Shown here piece by piece: positions 1 through 12,400 of a stretch of DNA of 64,000 bases. The DNA lies in assembly GCF_006345805.1 (NCBI RefSeq), contig NC_042999.1, positions 112,530,001 through 112,594,000 on the forward strand. Reading direction: 5' to 3'. A model generated the notes under the pieces. That model saw nothing but the letters and a program-made list of their open reading frames with translations, was not told the origin of the DNA and made no database searches. The DNA comes from Octopus sinensis (taxonomy: Eukaryota). The position numbers were made by a program, and so were the translations under genes. Position 1 is the stretch's first letter; each line of letters begins with the position of its first letter.

Positions 1-291
1 GACTTATCAATACCACATACCTAACAAGAGGCCTGATGTAAGCTAAATCGCTGTCTATGACTATATGTAAAATGGTGCAAAAACCATCTGCTGTTATTGT
101 CCCGACATTTCATACCATTGAAGTTATCTCACTTGTCTATGACTTCCAGGTGTTTTAACACCAAGTGAATTGATGAGAATATATTCTCCTACGCCTATAA
201 GCGCAGCCTACTCATGAACTAGCAAAACACATGCCCTGTGTATGTGTGTTCGATATTGCTTATATCCCCTTCATATTTGAATATATAAATA

Positions 292-448
292 GGAATGGCT
301 GTAAGGTAAGTAGCTTGCTTACCAACCACATGGTTCCGGGTTCAGTCCCACTGTGTGGTACCTTGCATAAATGTCTTCTACTATAGCCTCGGGCCGACCA
401 AAGCCTTGTGAGTGGATTTGGTAGACGGAAACTGAAAGAATCCCGTCT
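292..448 (+). mobile_element. tRNA-derived SINE family A, head fragment
   Basis: tggctgtaaggtaag (A-box-like) and ggttcagtccc (B-box-like); matches the full copy at 30286-30683. Confidence 0.85.
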
Positions 449-665
449 TATCTGAATATATTAAAACACGGTTTTACCATTTAAATTACCAACTACTGCT
501 AACCTTATAGCAAGGCCTATGCATAGTGAGGTAATACACCAGTAGTGCCTAAAGATATATTTATCCTTTTGACGGTTGCATAACCTCTAACTCTATAGCA
601 ATTTTAACATATATATTTCTTACTAAGCAACATTAGCCTGAAAAACTCAAACATCTACTGGTAAA

Positions 666-3165
666 ATGGAACAAATAACAATAGAAGCATCATTAAAAGA
701 TATACCGATTCCACCAAAAGATGTATATCTAAAAGAAGTGATTGCAAAATTAACAAACTTCACCCACCATTTACGATGGAAAGCTTTATTCTACGATAAA
801 AATAACCAGAGATTACTTATCACAATAGCAAAGGCTTTTCCGAAGGAATTTTCAAAACTAGATAAACACGCCCACCAAACAGCCACCTGGACGCCTTTGA
901 GAACGAACTATGGGATACTATTAAGAACTTAACATTTAAACGACACCCACTAAGGAATAATACTCACCAAAGAAGCTTAAAGGACCGACTACACAAACTG
1001 AAATCGCAAAAGGGAATTATTGTACAGTCTGACAAGACCAGGAACTCATATAATTTGGATATTAATTAATACTACCAGCTGTTGCATAAAGAAATGACTA
1101 AAAAATACAAAATAGTGCCTTATAACACTTTAAGATCTTTGAACTTATCTGCCAAGAAGATTATGACCACCAACAACATAGAAGAGAAAACTGAACCTTT
1201 CGCACCCTCCAGACCCTGCATAACAATTAAGGACCATAAAGAAAATTTCTTAACAGACATGAAAGTTAGACTAATCCGCCCTAATAAATCAGATCTATGT
1301 AAGCTAAGTAAATTAATCTTAGATAAATATATTCCTACTATAAAAAACAAAATCACTCTAGAATTAAGGTCAAATACCCACGACGTCCTTAATTGGTTCT
1401 CCAATATACAGAATAAAAATAGTTATAAGAATTACAACTCATCAATTAACCCTACGATTCTAAATAGCGTTCTGATGTTCGCAAAAAAACATGCAAAATT
1501 AACAATGAATGAAATTAAGGTGATCATAGAAGCTAGGAAATCTATAATAAAATTCGATAACAAACTATGGGTAAGGAAGGACACCCCTAATTATTCCGAC
1601 ATCATTATGGGGGTCCCGGACTCAGCACAGGTATATGATTTAGGGGGTATTTACCTATTATCACATTTACACGAAGAATTCCCAGATTAGAGGAGGCCTT
1701 TACAGAGACGATGCATTATTTATCCTTAAAAATACCTCAAATAGGAGACTTGAACTACTAAAGAAAAAATTATATAAGTTCTTTAAACAGTTTGGATTAA
1801 CCATCACAATAGGAAAAGAGCATAATTCTATTAACTATTTAGATGCCAATTGTAATTTAACCACTGAATTACATGAGCTGTACGTTAAACCGAATACCAA
1901 CTTCAAACACCTAAACTTTACAAAAAGAGGACTTGTACAGGCCATTAGTAAAAGAATTTCGTATCTCTCGCCCAACGCTTATGTTCAATAAGTATAAGGA
2001 ACACTACAACATTGCATTGGAAAAAGCAGGTTATAAGCAAAAATTAAGTACCTTCATTCAGAGCCTTATAAAAATAACCCGAATAACATAAATATCCATA
2101 ATTATTGAAATAGGAATAATAGCCAAAATATCTATAATAATAATCACAAAAACAATAACAATAACAATAATAGTGGTAATAATAAAAATAGTAGGAAGAA
2201 TAATAAGGTTCATAATAATATTAATAACAACATTAGACATGATAACGATAGAAATACTAATAATGGGAATGATAACAATAACAGAAAAAAAAATAATAAT
2301 AATAATAATAATAATAATTAAAATTATACACATAAAAGAACCAATAAAGTCCCAGTTAGTAATTATAATATCAAGGTAAATAAAATAAATCGAATAAGAA
2401 CAACCTTACCAAAGCTGATAGCAATAGTAATAAAAATAACAATAGAAAGAAGAAGAATTATAACTATAACTTTACGATCTACACTAATACTGAGGTCAGT
2501 TTTTACACCAAAAACAAAAATATCAAAATTAACAAGCGGAATAAAGATAACATCTGGCTAATAATCACCTTCGCGATGCAACTAAAAACCAATATAGTTA
2601 AATCTATAATGAAAGTTATAATTACGCACTTCAATATGAATGCAAAATACTCAGAAATCTTTAGCAATAAAATTAGAGTAGGTCATAGCCTAACTTGTAA
2701 CCTAGCTACTATCATAGCCTCTATCAACAATAAAAAGCTTCTATGAAACTAGGAAGAATAACAGTAAAAAGCACAACAACCAATTGATTGATATAATAAA
2801 TGATCCCCAAAATAACTCGCCCTCTAAAAATTCGGAAAACCACCTTATGATAATCCTCCCACCATATCATAGGCACAGATAATCTTATTAATCTATGTAG
2901 TTGCAGAGATAAAAATACTTGTGAATTCTTGAATAAATGTAAAACTAAAAATATAATCTACCAATGTGATGTATTCTCTAATAATTACAAGAAAAACTTA
3001 TATAGGAGCAACTAAAAATGAAATGAAACTTAGGTATAATTCCCATCGCTCAAGTTTAAGAAATAGAAGTAAGGCTAACTCTACCGGATTAAGTAGTTAC
3101 ATCTGGGAACTGAAAGGCAATAACATTAATTATATATTAGAATGGCGTATCCTGGCCAAAATATA
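666..3165 (+). mobile_element. Degenerate Penelope-like retroelement, Naiad-like (RT + GIY-YIG), with stops and frameshifts
   Basis: RT motifs MGVPDSAQVYDLGGIYLL and GLYRDD (~1607-1712); Asn-rich linker; CSCRDKNTCEFLNKC (CxCx5Cx5C) then NIIY..YIGATKNEMKLRYNSH..TGLSSYIW (GIY-YIG) at ~2895-3160. Confidence 0.85.
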
Positions 3166-3301
3166 CTCACACAGAGTTGAAACGCTGTTTGATTCTTCTT
3201 TTCAGCGTTGACTGTTCACCATCCCACCAGATTGCTATCACTCCTTCCTTTCTCATTCATCTGTTGTGACAGAGAAAAACACAAGAGTATTATTATAGTA
3301 C

Positions 3302-3353
<52 letters not shown>

Positions 3354-3429
3354 ATATATATATAAGTACATATATATGTGTGTGTAGTTCAAATTTTCAA
3401 AGAGCAAAAGATGAAGACATATATATATA

Positions 3430-3540
<111 letters not shown>

Positions 3541-3546
3541 GTATAT

Positions 3547-3608
<62 letters not shown>

Positions 3609-3841
3609 TATATAATATATATAACGTAGTGTAAGCAAACTTATTTTTGTTTTTGGAAGTGTGGAATGTGTTTCGTAATATACAGACAACAAAGTGATAT
3701 TTCGAACACTGCATACCCATGAAAACAGCAGAAGGATTGGGTATTTCACCCTTATAAGACAGAAAAAGTTTGCAATACATTGTTGCATTCCAAAGAAGCT
3801 TTGATATTTAGCATTTAACTTGACAGGTATTGTTGTCAGCA

Positions 3842-4010
3842 GGCAGTTTAGCTTAATGGCAGAGTACTCAGTTGGTACCTGAGTGGTGTGGGTTCGAGTT
3901 CAGTGGGTGTCGGCTGACAACCTTTTCCATCTTATAAGGGTAAAATACTCAATCTTTCTGCTGTTTACATGGTTATACTGGTTTCGAAATATTACTTTCC
4001 AGTCTGTATA
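3842..4010 (+). mobile_element. tRNA-derived SINE or tRNA pseudogene head plus tail
   Basis: A box tagcttaatgg, anticodon arm ctcag-ttGGTac-ctgag, B box ggttcgagt; acceptor stem not intact; tail is present in inverted form at ~3680-3770. Confidence 0.55.
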
Positions 4011-4545
4011 ATATATATATAAATGTTCGTGTGTGTTTAGTAAAAACCTCAAAATGTGTACATGTCATTATTTGGCTACTACATGTTATCTTACAGTAGG
4101 GTATATTCCAGAGCTGAATACACATGTGGAACTCCTCCTTGCATAAGATTAATACAAGAATAATCTAACATGAGGATAGGGGATGTCAGGCTTTAATAGT
4201 AGGTCACGACGTTTGTTTCTGCACTGCAGGGCAGCTTAAAGTTGCTGAGTTTATATTCATATACCATTATAGAAGCACATTCTTTATGATATAGCTGAAT
4301 ATTTTCTTCACTATTATATAATTGAATATTTTTCAGCAAAATCCTGATATCCTCTATCCCCATGTTATATTATTCTTATATATTTTTATATATACATATA
4401 GTATAGTTTATATAATATACATGTATGTGTGTGAGTATGCTTCTATGCATATATATATATTTGCATGTATTCATGTTTATATATTCTTGTATAAGTAGGC
4501 ACATGTGCTTAAATACAAGAGCTCAAGATCAGCAACTCTCATCAT

Positions 4546-4588
<43 letters not shown>

Positions 4589-5391
4589 CAATCAATCTCC
4601 TTGCTCCATTTCACTGTTTCTTCCTAATAGTTTTTCTGGGCTATTTTGCTTTACAACATCTTCAATTGAAGTGATTTTGTCTGAAAACGAATAATCCAAG
4701 AAAAACCTGGATACACATAAACACAGGCATCAGTGTAATTAACAATGCTCATGGCTATCTCAATATTGCACCTGTCTTCAGGTGTAGCTTTGAATAACAA
4801 AAAAAAATGTTACAATACTTTCAAGATTGTTTTCAAAAATACATTCCAAACAAGAATATATAAAACAAGCCCTTAGCCTAAACAAGTTTATTTGTTGCTT
4901 GAGAATGTTTCAAAGAGTTACTATATTAGACTATATATGCTGCAGAAATTTCCTAATTTAAAATACAAACATACACACATAACATATACAGAACACCTCT
5001 CCATTAATTACTTAATATTACAGATTATTATACATGGAGTGTTACAGTATTGGAAGTATTTTTGTATGTATGTGCACACATATATGTGTGTGGGAGGGGG
5101 TACATACATGTATGTAAGCATATATATATGCATATATGTGTGTGTATTATATATATATACCTGCTTATACATACACATGTATATGTATATATTTATGTAT
5201 ATATGCACATATATTTATGTACATGTTAATATGTACATAATATATATGATATATATAAGTATGTATATATACATACCTATATGTGTTTACACATATAAAT
5301 ACATATAAATACACACATACATAAATATATGTACACATATAAGTATACATATATATAATTATATTATATATATATATATATTATATATATA

Positions 5392-5440
<49 letters not shown>

Positions 5441-5692
5441 TATGTATATAGCTATATTATATAAGTATATGTGTGTGTGTGTGGGTATTTTTTCTTTTGA
5501 TTCTTTTCTTGCAAACGCAAGTACTACCAGTTGTATATGTATGTCTTTTATATGTTGCATATATAGTTTTTTATTCATTTATTCTATTACTGATTTCAGC
5601 CAGAGGCTGAAGCCATGCTGGAGCACCACTTTTCAGTGTTTTGGGTCTCCTTTTGGTGAAGATACATACATATATATGTATATATATATATA

Positions 5693-6047
5693 CAGGGTGC
5701 AATCAGTAAGTTGTCACCATTTTATATTTTTAATTTCGTTCATGCGCACTGTTTGTTTTTGATTTTGTTGACTACACAGTATAGTAGGGTCAGTTAGGCA
5801 TCAGTTGTGAGAAAAACAGCACCATGATGCAATTCACTCTGCCAGAAATTTGGAAATGACATATTGTACTGCTTGGCATTCATGCTGGAAGCTCCAATGC
5901 AAGCATTTCAGAGTGCTTAGGTGTCAATCTGAGGACATGTAGCAAGATATTTTTATGCAATTTTGGTAAATATATCTGTTAAAATTAGATGTCACTGTTA
6001 TTTTCATTTTTGCATAATTTAGACAACAGTTTATTCAGCACACCCTG
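5693..6047. mobile_element. Internally deleted Tc1/mariner-superfamily element (MITE-like)
   Basis: TA-CAGGGTG ... CACCCTG-TA termini; right end matches the end of the transposase-bearing copy at 31435. Confidence 0.8.
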
Positions 6048-6081
6048 TATGTCTATATATATATATATATATATAATATAT

Positions 6082-6116
<35 letters not shown>

Positions 6117-6134
6117 TGTGTATAGAGTGTCTTG

Positions 6135-6200
<66 letters not shown>

Positions 6201-6327
6201 TATTATATATATATATATTATATATATATTATATATATATATATTATATGTATGATATATATATATATATATATATTGTATGTATATTATATATTATATG
6301 TATGTATATATATATATATATTATATG

Positions 6328-6430
<103 letters not shown>

Positions 6431-6456
6431 TATATATATTATATATATATATATAT

Positions 6457-7445
6457 AGAAAATAGTAAAAAGTGAAAAAACTACAGAAGGCTTAAATGTT
6501 AAAAAATATATATTTGCATCAATATGTCTGAAGAATATTAAAAAAATTTTTTCCCTCTTATAATGACATAGTTTTGAAGAAAGACCGGTTTCGCATTTAG
6601 CTTTTCAAATTTCTTACGATGTTGTGTTTATGTTCAATAGAGTTATCGTTATGTTTATGTTCAAAAGAGTTCTAAATAAGGGGAGGTAATGAGTGATTTC
6701 TTCCGGTGTAAGGGAGATAATCGCTTAAAAATGTTTTCCTTTCCCTTGGTGTGAATTTCTCTGTATCAGTATGTTGGCATGGTTAAATCTGGGCTTGTAC
6801 TTTTCAATGAAGAATGTTTCCTTGTTTAGTCTAATTTGTGTTGATGATCCGATAGCACATTGGTAAAATGGAAAGATTAAAAATTGTGGTAGTAGTTGCT
6901 TTGCGCATTTCTCAATGTGCTCACTAAAAGGTATCATTCTGTATTCTGGGAATGCAATCTGTTGTCGATGCAATGTGCATCTACGTCTGAGTGATAGTCC
7001 CGTGGATCCCACGTAGTCTTGGTGGCAGCCCGAGCATTTTATGACATAAATTATGTTTTCAGAGGCACAAGTAAAGTTAGATTTGATCTTGAATTTCTGT
7101 CCCTCTTTAAAGAGGAATTCTGATCCTTCTAGCAGGTTTGGACATGTTGCACAGTTCGATCTACCACATTTTTTTACTTTTGCATCCGTAATTTCAGAAG
7201 ACAATTTTGCCTTTGTGAGAATCTTTTTAAGTGATTTGGGTTGTTTGTAGCTTTTAATGATTTGGTGTATGTTTAGAATTTCCTTTAATTTGGGGTCCTT
7301 ATGAAGTATTGGTAAATTCTGGGTGATGATGGTGAAGGCTTCTTTGTTTCTGGGGTTGTATGTAGATATGTAAGGTAGTATTTTCGGGGAAGGTGTGTTG
7401 TTGTGTTGAACTTTTCTTAAAGTTTCTATGTTGATTTCTGTGCCT
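6457..7445 (-). mobile_element. 5'-truncated Penelope-like element, Neptune-like: linker Zn-finger + GIY-YIG endonuclease + 3' pLTR
   Basis: ORF 6725-7489(-): KCGRSNCATC..FTCASENIIYVIKCSGCHQDYVGSTGLSLRRRCTLH..ETFFIEKY; inserted in (TA)n. Confidence 0.9.
6577..6615 (-). ncRNA. Minimal type I hammerhead ribozyme, U3-A8 variant
   Basis: Reverse complement reads AAGAAA-U-UUGAAAA-GC-UAAAU-GC-GAAA-CCGG-UC-UUUCUU. Confidence 0.7.
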
Positions 7446-8052
7446 CTGAAAACATAATTTATGTCATAAAATGCTCGGGCTGCCACCAAGACTACGTGGG
7501 ATCCACGGGACTATCACTCAGACGTAGATGCACACTGCATCGACAACAGATTGCATTCCCAGAATACAGAATGATACCTTTTAGTGAGCACATTGAGAAA
7601 TGCGCAAAGCAACTACTACCACAATTTTTAATCTTTCCATTTTACCAATGTGCTATCGGATCATCAACACAAATTAGACTAAACAAGGAAACATTCTTCA
7701 TTGAAAAGTACAAGCCCAGACTTAACCATCCCAACATACTGATACAGAGAAATTCACACCAAGGGAAAGGAAAACATTTTTAAGCGATTATCTCCCTTAC
7801 ACCGGAAGAAATCACTCATTACCTCCCCTTATTTAGAACTCTTTTGAACATAAACATAACGATAACTCTATTGAACATAAACATAACATCGTAAGAAATT
7901 TGAAAAGCTAAATGCGAAACCGGTCTTTCTTCAAAACTATGTCATTATAAGAGGAAAAATTTTTTTTAATATTCTTCAGACATATTGATGCAAATATATA
8001 TTTTTTAAACATTTAAGCCTTCTGTAGTTTTTTCACTTTTTACTATTTTCTA
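7439..8052 (+). mobile_element. Inverted copy of the Penelope 3' end (inverted pLTR)
   Basis: Near-identical reverse complement of 6457-7068; ORF 7496-7783 repeats the GIY-YIG C-terminus. Confidence 0.92.
7893..7931 (+). ncRNA. Minimal type I hammerhead ribozyme, U3-A8 variant
   Basis: Stem I aagaaa/tttctt, core ttgaaaa, stem II gc/gc, gaaac-cg-gtc. Confidence 0.7.
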
Positions 8053-8086
8053 TATATTCAACCACGTGCTTTCACAAACCAACTTT

Positions 8087-8129
<43 letters not shown>

Positions 8130-8130
8130 T

Positions 8131-8166
<36 letters not shown>

Positions 8167-8169
8167 CAT

Positions 8170-8570
8170 ACGTACCTTATGCGTACCTGCTTGTGAAAAC
8201 CTGTTGAGGCAAGTGAAATCAAAATCAAATTCGATGACTGGCCTCCATGCTAGTGGAGCACTAAGAGCACCATCCGAGGGTGATCATTGCCAGCGTCACC
8301 TTACTGGCACTTGTGCCGGTGTGCAGGTGACACGTTAAAAAAGACAAGATATTTTCGTGGCCATTGCCAGTACTGCCTGACTGGCCCTCGTGCCAATGGC
8401 ATGTAAAAGCACCCACTACACTCTCAGAGTGGTTGGCGTTAGGAAGGGCATCCAGCTGTAGAAACAGTGCCAGATCAAGATTAAAGCCTAGTGCAGCCAT
8501 CTGGTTCACCAGTCCTCAGTCAAATCAGCCAACCCATGCTAGCATGGAAAGCAGACGGTGGTGATGATGA
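8170..8570 (+). mobile_element. SINE/non-autonomous retroposon family D with (GAT)n tail; related copies at ~21360-21600 and ~22260-22500
   Basis: Shared aagcacccactacactct..gttaggaagggcatccagctgtagaaac..catggaaagcagacg..gatgatga. Confidence 0.75.
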
Positions 8571-8597
<27 letters not shown>

Positions 8598-8607
<10 letters not shown>

Positions 8608-8762
8608 TATTAGAGACAAAACCACTATTTTGCAAAACAAACAAGGAAAGACTTAATCAATACATAAAATTTTAATAAAATTTATTAAAATTTTATGTAT
8701 TGATTAAGTCTTTCGTTGTTTGTTTTGCAAAATAGTGGTTTTGTCTCTAATAATATTTTATA
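8598..8762. repeat. Near-perfect ~165 bp palindrome within (TA)n
   Basis: aaaatattattagagacaaaacc... / ...ggttttgtctctaataatatttt, centre ~8680, one visible mismatch. Confidence 0.92.
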
Positions 8763-8843
8763 ATATTTTACTATAAAATTGGATTTAATCCTAAATCTGA
8801 TTTTTTCCCTGTAAATTTGGATTTATTCCCTAATATTTATTAT

Positions 8844-8874
<31 letters not shown>

Positions 8875-8888
8875 TATATATATATAGT

Positions 8889-9070
8889 GGAGGCGCAATG
8901 GCTCAGTGGCTAGGGCAGTAGACTCACAGTCATAGGATCACGTTTTTGATTCCCAGACCGGGCATTGTGAGTGTTTGTTGAGCAAAAACACGTAAAGCTC
9001 CACAAGGCTCCGGCAGGGCTGGTGGTGAACCCTGCTGTACTCTTTTACCACACTTTCTTTCACTATTTCT
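8889..9070 (+). mobile_element. tRNA-derived SINE family C, partial; fuller copies at 31999-32285 and 46218-46520
   Basis: ggaggcgcaatggc.cagtgg.tagggcag..gattcccagaccg shared among three copies. Confidence 0.85.
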
Positions 9071-9105
9071 ATATATATATATATATGTATACCTATATAT
9101 GTATA

Positions 9106-9160
<55 letters not shown>

Positions 9161-9239
9161 TGAGTATATGTGTTGTCTGTATGTGTGCCCGTCTGTCTGT
9201 ATGTGTGTGTCTGTCTGTATGTGTGTGTGTACGGGCCAC

Positions 9240-9416
9240 TAGCCACTAAAGCTTTTTTTTATTCTCTCTATGTTTATTTTCTTGTGTTCCTTTCTGTTGA
9301 AAAGTGTATGCTCAAAACATAAAAGACTTACTCACCTACCTGAGCGTTAAACTAATACACCTGTTTGTTGTTTACATCTTTTGTCTTCATCTTTTGTTTT
9401 TTTGTAAATTCCAACT
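9240..9416 (+). mobile_element. Short non-coding pLTR-like repeat with decayed HHR-like motif; related copies at 26940-27105(+), 30887-31036(-), 31166-31362(+)
   Basis: Shared ctttctgtNgaagagcgtaggctcgaaacgtaaaagac..ctgagcgttaaactaatacac..gtcttcgtcttttgt; all copies next to (TA)n. Confidence 0.75.
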
Positions 9417-9420
9417 ATAT

Positions 9421-12400
9421 ATAATGTTCGTCCTTCAGGTTCGAGGATTATCATTGACATCAATTGGTGGAATTGCTGCTATGAGACCGGAGGTGGCTGG
9501 TGAGGCCAATCCGGGCAAGAAAGCCCCTCCCACAGGTGGGGCAGAAGTGAGTAGGGGCTGTGCTATTGGTGCAGGTGGCTCTGGCTTTCCGCATCTGGCG
9601 TTTCTGTTCTGCTGACTGAATCCGTCTCTCCTCGGCTGTCTTTGCTCCTGTGGTGATTGCGCTGCGCCAGGATGAGCGGTCGGCAGCAAGTGTCTCCCAA
9701 GTCTCTGTGCCGATAGAGAAGTCTTTGAGAGAGACTTTGAGACTGTCTTTGAAGTGCTTCTTCTGCCCTCCGACTTTGCGTTTGCCCTGGCTGAGTTCAC
9801 CGTAGAAGAGCTGTTTTGGGATGCGAGTGTTGGACATGCGAGAGACGTGGCCTGCCCATCTCAGCTGGGCCTTGCGCATGATCGTGATGGTGCTAGGGAG
9901 ATCTGCCTGCTTCAGAACTTCCGTGTCTGGGACTTTGTCCTGCCAGCGGATGTGAAGGAGGTTCTGAAGACACCTAAGGTGGAAGTGGTTTATCTGGCGC
10001 TCGTGCCTTCGGTAAGCAGTCCACGTCTCGCAGCCGTATAGTAGGGTGGTAAGCACAACTGCCCGGTAGACTTTCAGCTTGGTGTTGAGGCTGATTCCTC
10101 TCCGCTCCCAGACTTTCTTTCGCAGTCTCCCAAACGCGCTACTTGCCTTGGAGATTCTGTTGATGATTTCAGCATCTATGTTGGCATTGCAGGAGAGAGT
10201 GCTGCCCAGGTAGGTGAAGTTTTCCACTTCGGTTTTCTTGGCACTGATGATGAGACCGATATTGTCACAGGCTGATGAGAACCTGTCCATCCCGAGCTGC
10301 ATATCCTGCTCATCGATTGCGTTAAGGGTGCAGTCATCAGCAAAGAGAAAGTCTCTGACGACTGTCTCCCTCACAGTTGAAAAATTTCCCGTCCGTCCTG
10401 TACTTGATGTCGATACCAGACTTGCAGTCCCTGAAGGCATCGGACAGCATTGCCGAGAACATGATGCTGAACAGTATTGGGGCCAGGACACAGCCCTGCC
10501 TGACTCCGTTGGTCACCTGGAAGGCTTCAGATGAGTTGCCGTCTTCAAGGACTCTGGCTATCATTCCGTCGTGGAACTGGCGGACAATTGCAATAAATTT
10601 GCTGGGGCAACCAAATTTTCCCATGACCTTCTAGAGTCCCTCCCGACTGACTGTATCTAAAGCCCTGGTGAGGTCAACAAAGGTCATGCAGAGGTCAAGG
10701 TGCTGCTCCATGCATTTCTCCTGGATCTGGCGGGCGGCGAATATCATGTCAGTGGTCCCTCGACCCGCGCGGAAGCCACACTGGCTCCAAGTGTTCCAGA
10801 AGGCGGTCAAGCAGGACTCGGGCCAGGATCTTGCCTGCTATGGACAAGAGGGAGATTCCTCGGTGGTTGTCGCAGGACTGCCGATCTCCTTTCCGCTTAT
10901 AAATGTGGACGATTGTTACGTCCCAGAAATCTTGAGGGAGTTGTTCCCTGTCCTACTTCGACTGGAACAGGCTGGTGAGCTGACTGATCATGGTGGGGCC
11001 GCCCGACTTGAACACCTCTGCAGGGATGGCATCAGAGCCTGGCGCTTTGCCGGTGGACATTTTTTTGATGGCTCTGCTCACTTCCTCGACTGCAGGGGGA
11101 ACAGCTAGCTCGTGGTTTGTCGGCACCTGGGGGAGTCGTGCGATGGCTTCCTCGTTGATCTGGGCTGGTCGGTTGAGCACGATGTTGAAATGCTCCACCC
11201 ATCTCTCCAGGATCAGCCTCTTGTTAGTCAGGAGTGAGATTCCATCCAAGCTGAGCAGGGGAGTTGATCCAAAGGACTGCGGTCCATAGACAGCTTTCAG
11301 CGCCTCGTAGAATTTCTTGGTGTCGTGTTTGTCTGCGTATCCCTGAATCTCATCCGCCTTGGCGCTTAACCATGCGTCTTGCATGAGGCGGAGTTTTGCC
11401 TGGACTGTGCTGCGAATGTTGTTGAAAGCAGCCTTCTTTGCCGTGCGGGTGGTGTCATTTTGGTGGGCCCGCAACAGACGGCGTTTCTCTTCCAGGAGCT
11501 TTTGGATTTCCTGGTCGGTTTCGTCGAACCAGTCTTGGTGGTTCCTCGTAACTTGGCCTAGAGTTTCAAGGGCGATGGAATGAACCGTGTCCCTGAACGA
11601 TTCCCACTGCTCATCGATGCTGGACTGGTCATTCCGAATGTCCAACAGCTTGCTGTCCATACATGACTGGAGATCTTGTGCAGTCAGCTGGTTCTTTAAT
11701 TTCGTGATGTTAAGCTTCCTCGTCACTTTCTGACCCTGTGGTCTTCTCTTAGGTTGGATGTAGAAATCCATCCTGGAGATGATGAGGCGATGGTCCGTCC
11801 AGCAATCAGCTCCACACATGGCTTTGACCAGTCTCACGTCCCGCCTGTCTTTCGCCCTGACGATGACGTAATCTATCAGATGCCAGTGTTTGGAGCGTGG
11901 ATGCATCCATGATGTCTTGTTGCGTGTTGGCAGACGGAACAAGGAGTTGGTAAGATCATGAGAGGCGCACACCCGCAGGAGGAGCTGCCCGTTGTTGTTG
12001 CACTTTCCGATTTCTTGCTTTCCCAGTACGCGATGCCAGGCTTGGTGGTCAGTCCCGACACGGGTGTTAAAGTCCCCAAGGAGGATGAGCTTCCCAGGCT
12101 GGGCTGACGTGATGAGGGAGTCGAGTTCCTCATAGAACCTGTCCTTAACTTCTTCAGGGTTGGTCATGGTGGGGGCGTAAGCGCTGATAATGGTCGCACT
12201 AGTCTTATTTCCAAGTGGGAGTTGCATCTTCATCAGCCGATCGTTGATACCCTCGGGGGAGCTTTCCAGTTTCCGCACGTGTACTGACTTGATGGCAAAA
12301 CCAACACCAGCCTCACGACGCTCTTCGCTGCTGCAACCACTCCAAAAAAAAGTGTAGCCGCCGCCCGTCTCTGTCAGCTGGCCTTTGTCCGCAATGCGGG

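Noticed and set aside
3842-3915. Functional tRNA-Thr(GGT)
   Set aside because: Acceptor and T stems do not pair properly; treated as SINE head or pseudogene
4590-4790. Minus-strand coding exon (TPEDRCNIEIAMS...)
   Set aside because: No recognisable homology; equally explained as a decayed pLTR with a CUGAAGA core
9754-11583. Plus-strand ORFs inside the RTE
   Set aside because: Antisense shadows of GC-rich LINE coding sequence
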